This document shows positions 63,290 through 64,000 of a stretch of 64,000 nt of DNA, one piece after another. The stretch's first letter is position 1. Every line of letters begins with the position of its first letter. The stretch comes from Bispira polyomma (taxonomy: Eukaryota), in contig OZ287748.1 in assembly GCA_965649765.1 (NCBI GenBank), positions 9,300,001 to 9,364,000 of the forward strand, in the 5' to 3' direction. Under the pieces are notes generated by a model that saw only the letters and a program-made list of their open reading frames with translations, did no database searches and had not been told where the DNA came from. Position numbers and translations under genes: made by a program.

Positions 63290-63620
63290 CAAACTATCTT
63301 TGTAGCGCTATTCTCCGTGCTAGCGAATTCTAAGTCTCATGAGACAGCAAAATCATTGTCATTATTTCATATAGCCATTGAACGTACTGGGGTCACGCCG
63401 TAAATGATAAGGAGGCTAAAGGGGGGCAAAGCCTCGCTAAAAAGGTAGGTTTTGAGCTTCTTTCTAAAGCCGGAGGCAGTGTGAACATCATAAGGCATAT
63501 CATTCCACAGCTTAGGAGCATTGTATGAAAAATTATTGTTGAAATGCCCGTTTAAATCATGAACTGATCGTACAATGGTAGGGATACTTATGAAAGCCTT
63601 ATTTATATCAGGCCTACTAC
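63290..63620 (-). mobile_element. 3' fragment of an L2/CR1 LINE
   Basis: Minus strand encodes FSYNAPKLWNDMPYDVHTASGFRKKLKTYLF, followed by a 3' UTR with TTAGAATT...AATAGCGCTA. Confidence 0.8.
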
Positions 63621-64000
63621 GCCATGGTCATGAAAGTGGCACAAAGCCTTAATACACCAAACACCTCAACTCGCCTTGCACTAATGTGCAAAGTACTTAA
63701 ATTCTGTGATAAACCTCTGTACAGTCCTTTGGGAAATACAAGTTAACTTGTCAATATCATAGAGAGTATTTATTCTCTGATTTGTTTGTATGGACAAAAA
63801 ACCTAGTGTAAGCCAATTTGGCACCAAAAAGTGTTCCATAAATGACATGTAGATACTACTACAGGGGAACGTGGCACCACTTTAACGACAATGTTGATAC
63901 TCAAAATAATGAAAGCTGTTGCCATGTCATCCATTGCCAAACATTTTATATATAATAATGAAATAAAGGACCTGTATTTGTGTTTCTTCACGGTTTCGAC

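Overview
AT-rich, repeat-dense animal genomic DNA. The repeat families (L2/CR1 LINEs, tRNA-derived SINEs, PIF/Harbinger, Tc1/mariner and piggyBac MITEs, Helentron-like elements) suggest a mollusc or other lophotrochozoan; that assignment is inference. Most ORFs in the track are spurious. I reconstructed two spliced genes on the minus strand by hand, with GT-AG boundaries and consistent phases. (1) The 5' part of an ARHGAP6/RhoGAP102A-type RhoGAP gene: join 22548-20890, 17295-17139, 14053-13946, 2213-2078, 979-961. It continues off the left edge, where the GAP domain should lie. (2) A 9-exon, ~483-aa uncharacterised protein made of four tandem ~100-aa repeats: join 57644-57616, 51777-51547, 50911-50741, 47369-47200, 46773-46612, 45446-45288, 44959-44660, 43457-43316, 42391-42304. 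Between the genes is a 5'-truncated L2/CR1-type LINE (~36235-38036). The most unusual structures are: a ~1 kb multi-template insertion at 33125-34239, built from two neighbouring sequences and flanked by a 43-bp duplication; a tiny LTR element with tRNA-like LTRs (Ajax-like TRIM, 17344-17733); recurrent tandem duplications anchored on splice junctions; MITE ends turned into satellites; and a 1.27-kb foldback element built from CGCCTAGGCG palindromes.
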